This document shows, one piece after another, positions 21,940 to 34,127 of a stretch of 64,000 nt of DNA. The stretch comes from Neophaeotheca triangularis (Eukaryota). Under the pieces are notes generated by a model, which did no database searches, had not been told where the DNA came from, and was given only the letters and a program-made list of their open reading frames with translations. Made by a program: the position numbers and the translations under genes. The DNA is taken from assembly GCA_054600435.1 (NCBI GenBank), contig BAAIJX010000007.1, forward strand, positions 248,001 to 312,000, read 5' to 3'. Numbering within the stretch: position 1 is the stretch's first letter; the number at the start of each line of letters is the position of its first letter.

Positions 21940-24537
21940 ATGGTGTATCCGACCTCTCTCTTCGTCTCTCCCCTGCGTCTGGTCCCACCACGCCTTCCTC
22001 TCCGCCGCGAAGCCCCGGAGTTTGTGCCTGGAGAGGCGTGGACAGGACCCTCGGTCAGCCAGCGGGTTGCTTCTCCCCCAAAGGTGCCGGGGCCAGGCTT
22101 CCACGGCCGCATACTGTTCTGCGGCGCTGGCGAGATCGGGGGCCTGTTTCACGCTGAGGGAAGATGGGTCCATGTCATCGTGGAGGTGGACGGGGTCTTT
22201 CGGCGATACACATGGCGTATTAGCGCCTTGATGGCGCTTGATGCTTCTATACCAAAACCTCGCTATCTACCTCTCAAGCTCGCCCTTCATGGTGGAGACA
22301 TTCTGGTACCCCTGCCGAGTACTACAGACCACAGCGGTATCTGGCCTCCCCGTTCTCCGCTGCAGTCGCTACCTAAAGAGATTCTCGCCCAGATCGCTAG
22401 GCTTGTCTCTCGCGAGGATCAAAAGAATCTGCGCTTGGTCAGCAAGGATTTTGAGCGCAAGGTTTCCTCAACCTACTTCGAGGCGGCAGTTGTTCCATTC
22501 ACCAGCGAAGTCTACGATACTGTCACCGCTGAACAATGCTCAGCTCATTCCAAAGCCACCGGCACTGGCCTGCGAGTCTTCCAAAGCTATGGCGAAACCA
22601 TGCGCAAATTCTGCATGAGCTTTGTGGTTACCGAGGACCAGCTGTGCAATCTCGGCACACAGACCATACAGGAAGTCCAAGAGGCATATCATGGTGGTAT
22701 GGGCTGGCCGAGCAATTGCAGCGTCCTTCGGTACGTGAAGCTGGAAGCATTAGAGATCGCAGCCGAGGACCATGCGAATATGAAAGCTGCATTCTCTCAT
22801 CTCAAGATCGCCAAAGAAATCGCGCTTCGCGTTGACAACGGCTTAGGTTGGTTGAATGGGCCAGATGTGTCTCTATGGGCGAGAGTGTTCGGCGAGCCTC
22901 CACCGGTGTTCGAGCAATTCACGGAAAAATCTTACGAATCTCTTCGATTTTGGTCTGCCTTGGAGAGCTCGCACAAGGAGATCACTGGCCAAAAAAGCCT
23001 CAAGCACTTGACCTTGATGTATCGCAACATGTCAAAGTTAGTAACTTTCACTACGCTTGAAACTGAAACGAGTACTAACATGTGCAGCTGGACTCCCCTG
23101 AAGGACATAATACTGTCAAAAACGTTACCTCGCCTGGGAGGAAACATGCCTGCGTACGGCTCTGGCTTCTTCCTCGGCTCGAATGAGATTCCAGCGATCA
23201 CGACAGAACCGACGTACCTTCCCGTAGTACCAAACATGCTCGAACAAGGCCAGAAAGAATGGCTCCTACAGTCGAAATGGGCCCAGGAAGCATTTGTTGC
23301 TACCTATCAACTTGCCGTCATCAACAATCCCAGCTTGTCAGCCAGAATCGCCAAGATATCGATCGCCAAGATGTCAAGTGGCCTCCTACACCAACTATGT
23401 GGGCACGAGTTCTGGGATAGCCTTTTCGGCCTCAGACTTGTCAAGATCTTGGTCAGCCCCGACTGGCGAACAGTCACTTCTGATGAGGCTGGCGTTACGC
23501 AGACGCCTTCGTGCTTGCCAACACAGAGTACGATCCCAGTGTTTCAGAGCCTCCTAGCTTTACTAGCCAACAAGCGCTCTGTTGCGACCCTCCACATTGG
23601 CTACATCGGTGGCGGGGAGCATGCAACAGGACAGTTCTCGAGGAACTCCCACATAATGCCTGCACCGATCGCAAACGGTCCGGAGCTCCACTCTCCCGTG
23701 AAAGCCGAAAGCCTCCCAGAGTTTCCTTACGTTGAGCATCTCATTATCGAGAACTGCTGGATCAGCCCGCCCAACCTGGAAGGATTGATCAAATCGCACT
23801 GCACGCTATCCCTGACGAAGCTCACTTTGAGCTCTGTTTCGCTCACTGCCCATCCGAAACATCCCAAAACCGACTCGCTGATACTCGAACCAACGGCGTA
23901 CATGCAGGAGGCGAGTTGGCTGCGAGCGATCTGGAACCGTATCTCCCCGCTTTCTTACTACCATCTACTCAATGTTGAGAGGCGTTTCCTAGCTGCACCT
24001 GGGAATGATCCGTTCCACGGCAATCCTTCCTATCCTTCCTCCCACGGGTGGCGCGCTCCGTGGTTCTCGCACATCATGCGAGAGGGCTCATGGGTGGACT
24101 TGCTTGACCGTCTGTCGCCGGGTCCAAGTCTCAGAGACTATCGCGACGCTCGCGTCGAGCCCGGCGAGCGCGATGACATTGCTAACCTGGCAGAGATTGA
24201 ACTGATCTCGTGCGGCTACGTCCGACTCAACCACGCTATGCCCTTTGCGCAGCACGAGATGGGTGTCTCACCCCAGACCCCCAGTGCGTGGTTCAACGCT
24301 CGAGGGGCGCACTTCAGCTCCAAGATGCTGTTCGAGCAGGATGATCTGCTGGCTTGGATTGTGCAGTGGATGCCGATGCGTGAATTGACGGTGCTGAAAA
24401 AAGCCTGGGGCCTGCGTGAGGGGTGGGAAGATGCTGAGAAAGCGGAGGAGGCGACTTATGATGGGATGCTCCCGGGTGGCACTGGGAGATTTTCGGGCGT
24501 GGTTAAGAAGGGGATGGGGATGGTGAAGGAGGACTAA
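21940..24537 (+). CDS. F-box domain protein with leucine-rich-repeat-like C-terminal region
   Basis: Long single ORF. F-box-like PLQSLPKEILAQIARLVSREDQKNLRLVSKDF; LRR-like segments (VEHLIIENCWIS, LTKLTLSSVSL, LAEIELISCGY). Confidence 0.75.
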   Translation: MVYPTSLFVSPLRLVPPRLPLRREAPEFVPGEAWTGPSVSQRVASPPKVPGPGFHGRILFCGAGEIGGLFHAEGRWVHVIVEVDGVFRRYTWRISALMALDASIPKPRYLPLKLALHGGDILVPLPSTTDHSGIWPPRSPLQSLPKEILAQIARLVSREDQKNLRLVSKDFERKVSSTYFEAAVVPFTSEVYDTVTAEQCSAHSKATGTGLRVFQSYGETMRKFCMSFVVTEDQLCNLGTQTIQEVQEAYHGGMGWPSNCSVLRYVKLEALEIAAEDHANMKAAFSHLKIAKEIALRVDNGLGWLNGPDVSLWARVFGEPPPVFEQFTEKSYESLRFWSALESSHKEITGQKSLKHLTLMYRNMSKLVTFTTLETETSTNMCSWTPLKDIILSKTLPRLGGNMPAYGSGFFLGSNEIPAITTEPTYLPVVPNMLEQGQKEWLLQSKWAQEAFVATYQLAVINNPSLSARIAKISIAKMSSGLLHQLCGHEFWDSLFGLRLVKILVSPDWRTVTSDEAGVTQTPSCLPTQSTIPVFQSLLALLANKRSVATLHIGYIGGGEHATGQFSRNSHIMPAPIANGPELHSPVKAESLPEFPYVEHLIIENCWISPPNLEGLIKSHCTLSLTKLTLSSVSLTAHPKHPKTDSLILEPTAYMQEASWLRAIWNRISPLSYYHLLNVERRFLAAPGNDPFHGNPSYPSSHGWRAPWFSHIMREGSWVDLLDRLSPGPSLRDYRDARVEPGERDDIANLAEIELISCGYVRLNHAMPFAQHEMGVSPQTPSAWFNARGAHFSSKMLFEQDDLLAWIVQWMPMRELTVLKKAWGLREGWEDAEKAEEATYDGMLPGGTGRFSGVVKKGMGMVKED

Positions 24538-24988
24538 CGGATGGTTGGAAATTGAACGCGATGAGATGCGGTGACCTACGCCGTCGCGTGTTTGTGTTTT
24601 TCCTGGCGTTTTGGGAAAATGGGCAATGATTTTGAACGTGAATAACGACGGCTTATCAAGATGAGATGCGGCGATTCACGCCGTGTCTTGCAGTGTTTTT
24701 GCTTGCGTTCTAGAATAGGCACGCGGAGACCGATTAAAAACAAGCTCGTTCGGGTCTTGCTATTAGTACATGTGCGAATGGAGATGATTGCTTGATGAGG
24801 TTGTCTCCTGTCAACTTTCGGGTAATTCCATGAGTAGCGAGGTGTGGACAATAAAGAGGTTTGGCTCCAATGTGCACAATCTACGTACGTACTCGATCTG
24901 CCACGCTTTCAAAAATCGCTACGAACGCTCGCAATGAATCAATAAAACCAAGCATTATGACAACCTGTCGTTAAAACCGCGAGCGAGC

Positions 24989-26959
24989 CTATACTTCGGC
25001 CTGGCCCTCCTGTTCCTCGTCCACTGCTTCCGCCACACTGTCCACCATGGGGCCCGCAACGTCGTCATCAGAGACTGCGTGGCTCGCCGCCTTCAGCTCA
25101 GCGACACTGGCCTCCGTGAAGACCCTTTCGGGCACCGCGTCAGCTGGCCGCGCCGTTGGCGTTTCCATCGTCGAGCTGTTCAACACCTCCGTAGCCGCAG
25201 CCGTGGACGCCCATGACACGGGTAGGGAACGGGAAACCGTTTGCATCGGCCTTGGTGCTTCCGAAAAGACCGAGGGAAGCGGCGCGGAAGCGTCCCCCAG
25301 CGTCGTTTCCGGGGAGAGGTGCGAGGGTTCGACGGCCGTGACGAACCCCCGGAGCGCGAAGAGCAGGGCCAGCACGCTGCAGAATAGGATTGCCACGGTT
25401 CTGCGGTCTTTCAGCTGGAGTAGGAGGTAGTTTTTGAGAAGCAGCGAGAGTGGGACTTGCGAGGGTTGGTAGACGCGAGGCAGTCCTGACGACTGCGCGT
25501 TTCCGTCGGGCTTGCTTTCGGTCAGAGGCGGTGAAGGCTCGAGATGCTGCGACTGGCTTGCCGAGCGCGTGGCTGCCAAGGGCTGAGTGAGTCTGCTGCT
25601 GTTGCTCGCGGCTCTGAAATGGCGCCGCCGTTCGTCGTCCAGCTGTTTGCTCTCGTATGCCAGCCGGACCTGCTCTTCCACCAGGCCCTGCACTCTCGAG
25701 CTATCGCCCTTCCTTTGCTCCCTCTCCTCAGCGTCTTCCTCCCCACGACGCTCGTCTAGCTTCTTGCGCACCGCTTCGTCGATCCAGGGCAGGATTTCTA
25801 CATCGACCCTCTCCATGTCATTCCAGGCTGCCGCCCAAGCTGCCGCGCGCATGAGTCCGTTGGCGGCAAACACCTTGACCGACCACTTTCCCCTACCCCC
25901 ACCTACAGCGGAAGTCTCGGATTTGATGCGGCGATGGCAGGTGGTGCAGGCCCCCGAGCCCTCGGAGCCAGACAGACTCGAGCCCACGCCAGAGTCGCTG
26001 TCCACGACACTCTTCTCGCTCAAAGAAGATTCCAGCGATTCCCGACTCCTGAAATGACCGCACTTGGTAACCCTCTCCGTCTTGAGCTCCAGCGCTTCCA
26101 GCAGCCGCTCTTCAAGAAGCTCGTACTCTTCCCTGGGATGCGGTATCAGGACGCCGCGCCGAACGACCGTGTCGCTAGCCCTGGCACGCAGAAGCTGCAA
26201 GTTCTCCCAAACGTGCGAGGGTAGGATGTTGCGCATGCTTTCGTAGCTCCACGGCAAGCCAACGGGCAGAAGCGTAACGTGCAGCAGCACGAGCGGCAAG
26301 TCTTGCGTCTTGGGGCTCTTTTCCTCTCGCTCGCCTTCGGTTTCCGAATCGAGGGGAGCATGAGGTCGCGTGCGTGGTCGTGGGCTGCTTCTTGCTTCTC
26401 CTCCTCGCGCAGAGCGAATGCTCCGCGGCGTGCTTGTCCTGCTCTTGGTGTTGCGCAAGACGGATGAGTGCCGGGGGCTGTAACGGTCGAGCGGGGGCGG
26501 CGAGGTCATCTGCATTCTGTGGACTGATTCCGGACGGCGGAATGAAGGCCGCATGATGGGAGGCGTGTAGCGTTTGGCGGCCGGTGAGTCGGTGTGGTCG
26601 AGTTGGCTCTCGGCTTCTGTCTCGTAGTCGGATTCCGGGAGCGTCGAGACGGTAGCTCGCGTTTGTGTTGAGATGCGTCGGTCATCTTCAACGAGCGTGA
26701 GGTCGTTCTCGCCTTGTCCGTCGGTGGCTGGGTATACGTCCTCTAGTCTCAAAGGGTCGTTCTTGTCTAGCGAAGGGTCGTGTTCGTGGCTCCTAAGATC
26801 AACACAGCTCGCCCCAAAATGTCCTTCGTCCTCCTTGCCGGCAGTTGTGTCTCCCTCCTCTTTCCATGAGGCTTCGCTATGATCTTCTGCAGTAGCGCCG
26901 TGCGATGCCGTCGGTTCGTCGTCGTAAATGGTAAAGGGCGACTTGCTTAAGCGGGCCAT
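24989..26959 (-). CDS. Uncharacterised fungal protein, 656 aa, with a predicted transmembrane helix near the C-terminus
   Basis: Intronless long ORF. Ordered core (PLVLLHVTLLP...RGVLIPHPREEYELLEERLLEALEL...CTTC...KVFAANGLMRAAAWAAAWNDMERVDVEI); hydrophobic VAILFCSVLALLFAL. Confidence 0.75.
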   Translation of the reverse strand: MARLSKSPFTIYDDEPTASHGATAEDHSEASWKEEGDTTAGKEDEGHFGASCVDLRSHEHDPSLDKNDPLRLEDVYPATDGQGENDLTLVEDDRRISTQTRATVSTLPESDYETEAESQLDHTDSPAAKRYTPPIMRPSFRRPESVHRMQMTSPPPLDRYSPRHSSVLRNTKSRTSTPRSIRSARGGEARSSPRPRTRPHAPLDSETEGEREEKSPKTQDLPLVLLHVTLLPVGLPWSYESMRNILPSHVWENLQLLRARASDTVVRRGVLIPHPREEYELLEERLLEALELKTERVTKCGHFRSRESLESSLSEKSVVDSDSGVGSSLSGSEGSGACTTCHRRIKSETSAVGGGRGKWSVKVFAANGLMRAAAWAAAWNDMERVDVEILPWIDEAVRKKLDERRGEEDAEEREQRKGDSSRVQGLVEEQVRLAYESKQLDDERRRHFRAASNSSRLTQPLAATRSASQSQHLEPSPPLTESKPDGNAQSSGLPRVYQPSQVPLSLLLKNYLLLQLKDRRTVAILFCSVLALLFALRGFVTAVEPSHLSPETTLGDASAPLPSVFSEAPRPMQTVSRSLPVSWASTAAATEVLNSSTMETPTARPADAVPERVFTEASVAELKAASHAVSDDDVAGPMVDSVAEAVDEEQEGQAEV

Positions 26960-27394
26960 TGTGGGCGAGGAATGCGAAAGGAATGCTCGCGCGCCCGCTC
27001 ACAAAGTGGATCGAGTAGATAAGTACTCGGGCAGTCTCGTGATCGAAGCGACTGTGTGGTGTGAAACCACCTTAGCTCGACTCTCCTCTTGCGCCTGCTC
27101 AGCTTCTCAGTGAGTTGTTCAATGCGCAACGGTCTGAGGGCTGGGATAGGCCGAGGCGTCAATAGACAGTCTGTTGCCCGGGCAACAAACAGCTGCGAGC
27201 ACTTCCATCTCTTATCGATAGGCCTTCAAATGTCACAATGCAGCACAAGTAAAGGACAGTTGACTGAATCCTTTGAGGAATTCGTTATCAGGATAGTTTA
27301 AAGGTTTACTCTCTTCTCCTTCCACTAGGTCTCCTCATGCTAGGCTCATGGTGCCCTCCGATGTATCCTCCGTCAGAAAGTTACCCCTGACCCC

Positions 27395-28998
27395 TTAACA
27401 AACAGCGTGAGTCTTGCCATGCTTGCCTTGCAGCGAATGCGTCTCGTCCGTAAAATGCGTGTTTGTCCTGGCGACCATGCTTTTGCCCACCGCACGGGTC
27501 TTCATACGCTCCGTGTGCTCTCCAAGCTGCCTCTCGTCCATCTTGCCGAGTTCTTGGAGGGCAAGCTTCAAGTCAGCAATCAGCGCGTCGCACCGAGATT
27601 TGGTGAAGTCCTCGCGCACTACCACACGCATGAGCTTGAGCGTCTCCGAATGCGGTGCCATGGTGTACGCTGGGACGACCCAACCGCGCTGACGCAGCTG
27701 GTGCGCAATGGCGAATTCGTCGTATTTGTGGCCTGCGTCGGGGTTGAGACGGAACGCTACGAGTGGCAGACCGGCCCCGTGAGTCTTGGAAAGTAGGATG
27801 AAGCCGAGTTGCTGCACGTTGGCCGCGAGGTAGTCAGATGTGCGCGTCAGGTTGTACATGATGCTGCGGTAGCCCCTTTTGCCGAGACGGATGAGCTGGT
27901 AGTATTGCCCAATGACCTGACTAGCGCCACGGGAGAAGTTGAGCGTGAACGACGCTTGATCTGCGCCGAGGTAGTTGATGTTGAAAATCAGCTCCTTTGG
28001 TAGGAACTCCGAACTCCGCCAAACCACCCAACCGACGCCTGGATAGACGAGACCGTACTTGTGGCCTGAGACATTGATTGACACCACCTTTTCCAGCTTG
28101 AAATCCCAGATGAGATTGGGGTTGACAAATGGAGCCACGAAGCCACCGGATGCTGCATCAACATGTATAGGGCAGTCGATCCCTCTCTCAACCAGTAAAT
28201 CGTTAATGGCCTTTGTGTCTTCGTACTCTCCAGTGTAGGTCGTTCCGAGAATGGAGCAGATGCCGATTGTGTTCTCGTCGACAAGGTTGACAGCCTCTTT
28301 GGGATCGATGACGAAGCGGTCCTTGGTACAAAAGACGTATTTCTCCTCGACATCAAAGTATCTCGCCGCTTTCTCCCAGCACACCTGCACGGCGGAGTTC
28401 ATGACGATGTTTGGACGGCTGTGGTCCTTGCCCTCGGCTTTCCTCTTGTTCGTCCAGCGTTTCTTCATTGCAAGCGTGGCAAGCATAATGGCCTCGGAGG
28501 ATCCAATAGTGGAAGTCCCCATCGAGTTTGTTTGTGCATCGTGAGTTGGTGCGTTGAAGAGACGTGCAATCATGTTGACGCAGCGGTTCTGGATGTCGGC
28601 GCTGACAGGGTACTCCTCGTAGTTGATGAAGTTCTTGTTGAAAGCGTCGATCATGAGCTGCTCTGCCTCGTGTTCCATGTAGGTCGTGACGAAGGACGCT
28701 AGGCTGCATATCGGCAATCAGTAAAAGTCCGCTGGCCTCGATGCTAGGGCGTCACTTACTTCAGAGTCGGTGTGCCATCCAGGGTGAGGTCGTCCTTGAT
28801 CATCCGATAAGCCACCTCCTTTGGCATCTCTTCGTCCGGCATCTCGTGCTTGGGCAAATCTTGTGCGGCGAACCGTGAGCCATAGATGTTGGCAGTGTAT
28901 TCGTCTGGTCCTGGCGGAGCCATTGTGATGGCATCGAGACCTTCCGCGACCGGCTTGTTGGCCTCATGGTCGTTGACTACCTGACCCAAATGCACCAT
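27395..28998 (-). CDS. GAD1: Glutamate decarboxylase (PLP-dependent); intron 28704-28759
   Basis: LDGTPTL|NLASFVTTYME, STIGSSEA, VQVCWEKAARYF, HVDAASGGF, PLP-lysine motif SGHKYG. Confidence 0.97.
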
Positions 28999-30039
28999 CT
29001 TCGTTGTGGTGTGATTGAGGTTAACGAGGCTTTGGCGGCTGCGACAACTCTTGGTAGGAAGAAAATGAGACTGTCGGGAATCAGCTCACAGGTAGCAAGG
29101 CCAGTAACACCAGAGCTTTTTTTGGCGAGCTGTCCTCTGAGCGTGTGTATCGAATAGAGCGGAGCGAAAGATGAAAACAAGAGGGACAAGAAGGGACGGT
29201 TGAGCAATACGGATATGAGTGAGGGGCTGAGGCTGGTGAAGGCAAGGTATTACTGAGTAAAGATGAAGTTGGAATCTGGAGAGCTTTTCAGGTGGTGGTT
29301 GCCCGGTGAAGCTGATGGATGAGTACCTCCTACCTTCCTATCTCCCTACCTTGCCTAGACTCAGCACAAAGCAGGTACATAGGTAGTACCTTGCCTTTAC
29401 GTTGCGTTTCTGGGGAGGCACGCTTTGTCCCAGTAATTGGAAAGGACGTGTATACCCTTCAACCAAGGAGGCTCCGCGCTGTACATGGCATATGTGCACG
29501 AACACAGTATACCTAGCTAGGTTACTGTACCTGATAGTCAACTGGTGGAGTGTCAATGATCTGGGCCCAATGTAGCTTAAAAATAAACAGCCTAACCTCT
29601 AGCTTGTCCACATCAGCTCATCGCTGAATGGCCGCTGTTAGAATTTCCTGGACACAACCGTGGAAAGCTTGATGCGGCTTATGCGACACATCACATCATG
29701 TCGTCTACAGGAATGTTTCTAATGTAGGTAGCTCTCGTTGACGCTTGCCTTCGTGTCTCATTGGTGATTGCTTGGACGCTGCGCACGTGACGCGAGCGAG
29801 AAAACGAGAGCTCGTGAGCACTCTCCTCAGGTCGACCATTCTCGTCCGCTAGTAACCCGGCCTCAGTAGTAATGTCTTCGTCTTGTTATGAGCACCATCT
29901 CCCGAGACCTTTTGACCCGTGAGACCTCCAAGGTCGTAATCATATTCGGCACCATCGGCGCCTCCAAGTAAGTGGCAGTGCTGTCGGCCCACCCTTCTCG
30001 TAGTGTATCATTCGTGCCCATGCATGCCTCCTCCGTCTC

Positions 30040-32739
30040 TTACATGATGTCCTGTATTGAAATGCGGCTGCTTCCGCCGTTTGCTGTGCTACCTCCGACA
30101 CTTGTGACTCCATTACCGGTTCCGCCTCCATTGCTGCTGTGACCGCTATTGGAAGGCACTGGGCTGGGGCTAGGACCTGTGGTCATGGAACCCATGGGCT
30201 GAGGTACGAGGTGATGATGCGCTTCATTCATACGTGGTGGCTGCCTGACACTTGGCAGGTGGTGACCTGAGTACTGCGGTGCCGTCTGCGCGAGGTGCGG
30301 CGGATACGGGCTGTTCGAGGTTGTCGGCTGATGTGCTTGCTGGCCGTGGCCGGCGTATTGTCCTTGTTGCTCGCGCTGCATTTGCGCTAGAACATTCTGT
30401 ATGTGCTCCCAACCACCCCATTCCGCTGATTCTTGCTCTGAGAGTTCGAGGGGGATGTTCTGCCCGTCGTCGGCCCCGGGGTCGCGCAGAGCTTGGTCGT
30501 ATTTTCCAGAAGGGCGAGAAGCCGGCTGCGCCCCCGCCCAGGCCCAGGAACTTTCCTCACCTCCTTGCATGTCCCCGCTAGCATATGCCAACATCTCTTC
30601 GTCCATCTCCAACACTTCCTGAGGGACTCCAGCGCGCAAACGCTCGATTACCCGATCCAGGAAGAAAGACAAGTAGCGGCCACAAGCAATGTTCCTAATG
30701 CGAAGATCCCCAACCGCGGCAGAAACCTGCACCAAGGTAAGAGCTGTAGCATAGTCTGCTTTTAATATAGAGACCAAAGCGCATCGCCAAACATGAGTAC
30801 AGTAGAATGCGGGCGCCATCAGGCGGATATGCGAGGCCCAGTTGTGCATATGGGAGGGCGAATTGAAGAACTGCCCCGATTCATTCGACCCTGGCTGTAT
30901 GGTCCGCGAAATGTACTGCGCGGTGTCTCTTGCGACTGAGACGCATCGATCCAGCGCATCCCGTCTCTCTATCTTCTTGCAGGCCGTGGATAGATTGTGG
31001 CGGTAAAGGAAGAAGCGTGAAGTCTGTAGCCCACAAGCTGCTACCAATAGTCGCGGGTCAAGGTGCGATGTAGAGTTGATCGGGTATGGCTCGGGATAAG
31101 ATGCCATGATTGTTTTGAAGTGCTCATCGTACGCGGCTAACGTTGTGGCGGCGACTGTTTTCGAGCGCATTGTTTTCGCCAGCTGGGAGGTCATTCGGAC
31201 GACCGGGATCACGGCCATGAGTCCGCTGGGGGTATTCTGTTGAGGAGGGGGCATGACGATTCCATTCGGATGGATGCAATCGTCGTTCACTGGAGCAGGC
31301 TCGCTAACGTCGCAGTCTCCGTCGTTTATCAGTAGGGGTTTGCCGAGATCAAGAGATGCGACTCTGCAACAAGGTTAGTGCGAGGCATATCAGCTGCCGG
31401 AAAAGGACACGTACCTGTCCCATTGATATATCGACCACCACACCCTCCGTCGCATCTCCGCCTCAAATGGCGAGAAAGCTTCCCATTCTTGGTGGAGCCC
31501 GATATCTTGAGCTATCCTCACCGCGCATCCTAGCCATACGTACCCCGCTGACATGAGGTTTGCCTCCACCATGTACACACTGATGAGCATGTTCACGCGC
31601 GGATGATCGATAGTGAAATTTTCAGTCCACGTGTCCACGGTCCTTATGGTCATGTCAATGTACCCAGAGCCCTCTTCCTCTTTTGCGGTATTCATGTGTT
31701 GAGTGTCTATCAGCGTGCCGCATGCCAGCACACCGAAGAAGAGAGCCACCCAGATCTGCCTCGCTTGCTGGAAAGAGCCAACACGATATAACTGATCGCA
31801 CTCTTGCAGGAAAGTCGGCCAGTGAATCAAAGGCGCGTAATTGTGAACCGACTGATGGTAGTTGGATAGGAGCCTGTCCACATCACGTCGGGGCGGTAAT
31901 GGGTGGTTGGTGTGTGGATACAGGGGCTGTGGCGCTGCGAGACGATGTGGAGGAGGCGGCTTGAAAATGCCGCGGCCAAAATTGACCAGATTGCTACGCA
32001 CTCCGTCGAAATTGCTCATGTTCACGTGGCGGTGGTGTCGCTCTCGAGGCCCGTGGTCCGGAAGGGCCAAGGGAGGAATCTTTGCAACCCCAGTGGACTG
32101 CTCTGGATCGGAACCCTTGCCTTCGTGTACCTTTGAGCGTAGTTGATTGATCTCGTGTCTAGCATTGGCTAATTGTTTCTCGAGATCTTGGACCTGCTTG
32201 ATGGATGACATCCTGCGATTGGTCTCCTTGGTGAATTGGCATTTGACACCACGGCTAGAACATTCAGAACAGCTAGAAGTATCAGTCGCATCGCATTTGA
32301 CTTTACGCTCTCTACAGGCATCGCAGCTCGGATCCTTTCTTCGTTGTCTGTACGCCCGCTTCTGAGCAGAGAGGGCTGCGGCGGATTGCGAGTGATGCAT
32401 AGGTGATATTCCGGGTGTGGACATATTCCCGTTATCCGGGCCAAAGGGTTCTGTCATCATGCCCGGTGGCCCCGCCAACGAGGCAGACATGGGATGATAA
32501 GAGTATGGCGAAGGATTCATGGCAGCGGCTTGCATTGGAGATTCGCGCACAGGTGCTGCAGCTGCTTGCGGTCCTGGCGAAGCGACATGGTCCATGGCCG
32601 GCGGTGCTGGTGGAAGAGGGTAGAGGCCCTGTGGGGCCTGCTGTGTGGCAACGCCAGGCGAAGCATGTGACGAAGCAGTCGAAGATTCATACGACAATGC
32701 TCCAGCCGGGGATGGCAGGCTTCGTGCGGCTTCACCCAT
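30040..32739 (-). CDS. Zn(II)2Cys6 transcription factor with fungal TF middle homology region; intron 31364-31414
   Basis: CDACRERKVKCDATDTSSCSECSSRGVKC binuclear cluster; AVRIAQDIGLH...EMRRRVWWSIYQWD|RVASLDLGKPLLIND. Confidence 0.93.
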
Positions 32740-33498
32740 TTGAGCAGTGTTCGCGTAGGTGTGTGCCGAGCTGACTGTTTCGAGTCCTGCCGGGACGGCG
32801 AGGCTGGCGACAGAGGTACCGTTAGACGGAAATGGTGGTTAGGCGAGTGGGTGAGTGAATCCCGTCGCCGTAAAAGGGCGCCTTGTCAGATTGACATGCG
32901 AAAGTTCATGCAGAAAGGTAGATTTGGTGGAGCTCTTCACCAGCTAACAAGGCAGTCGAGAGTCGAGAGTCACGACAATGGCTGCTGTGTTCAGAGACAA
33001 GGAAGCGCACATAGTGTGCAGAACAGTGAGCCAAGTCGGCAGACAGCGGAAGGACGGGGAGGAGGGAGAGGACAGTCAGTAGTGTGAGGGCGAGCACCCC
33101 AATCGGCGGTGGGTGTAGCCGGCGTGGAGAATTGTCGAGACGCTGGGGGTTGTCAGTAACTTGGGTACTACTGCGTGGTGGGTTGTGAAGGTGAAGGTGA
33201 GTGAAGTAGAGACAACAGAGGAGGTCAAGGCGAAGTGAGGTGCAAGGCCGGCTATCGGGACCAGGAAGTTGTTAGCGCAGCAGATGGCAAAGCGGAGGAG
33301 GCTTCGAAGTATCAATGCGGCTATTCTGGCAAAATAATAATACATTGATCATGGAGAAGCGAGCCAACGAAAAGGAGGGTGCATGTAAGACAGAACACTA
33401 ACTAAGGAACTACCCGACTACCTACTCTCGTCCCGGTGCTTCCAGGACGGCAAGGTAGGACCTAGTCGGGAGCCACGAGTCCACGACACAACAACAAC

Positions 33499-34094
33499 AC
33501 ACGACACACGACACGACACGACACGACCCGGCACGACACGCTTGCCGTTAGGACAGGCGGTGCCGGAGGAAAGGGAGATCTACAAGACTACAACCGGACG
33601 TCACGCAACGTGCGTGGCGTGGGCTGCCAACGTAAGAAGCCCAAGTCTGTTGGATAATAAGAATGGTGATAAGGTGCAATGGTAAAATAACGTTAAGGTA
33701 AGGCGATATTGGTTGGATCTAGTGGACCAGGAACACTTGGAAGCGGCAAATGTTGAAGAAGAGAATCTGCCGGCTCGAATGTCGTCCGCGTACAAGTCAC
33801 AATACCTCATAAATGCCTCCTACATTTGACAATGCCTTCAATGAGGAAACGGGCAGCGAGCTCGCAAGCACTAAACGGGCATGCATGAAGGAAGCGCAAG
33901 GCAAAGGAGTAAGTAGTAGTAAAGGTAATATTGAATACAGCACAGCACATGCATGCCGCACGAAAGCCCGGTACTTAGGTACTGCTGAGGATCCCGAGAG
34001 GGTCCCAGCTGGTCCCAAGACAAGACAAGACCTCGCTGGACCCTGGGGGCGGCGGCGTGGGCGGCGCCTCCAGGGCTTCTTACTACCACTACTA

Positions 34095-34127
<33 letters not shown>

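Noticed and set aside
33499..33540. (CACGA)n / GGCACGACACG tract resembling transposon subterminal repeats
   Set aside because: No inverted partner, target-site duplication or transposase found; treated as a microsatellite.
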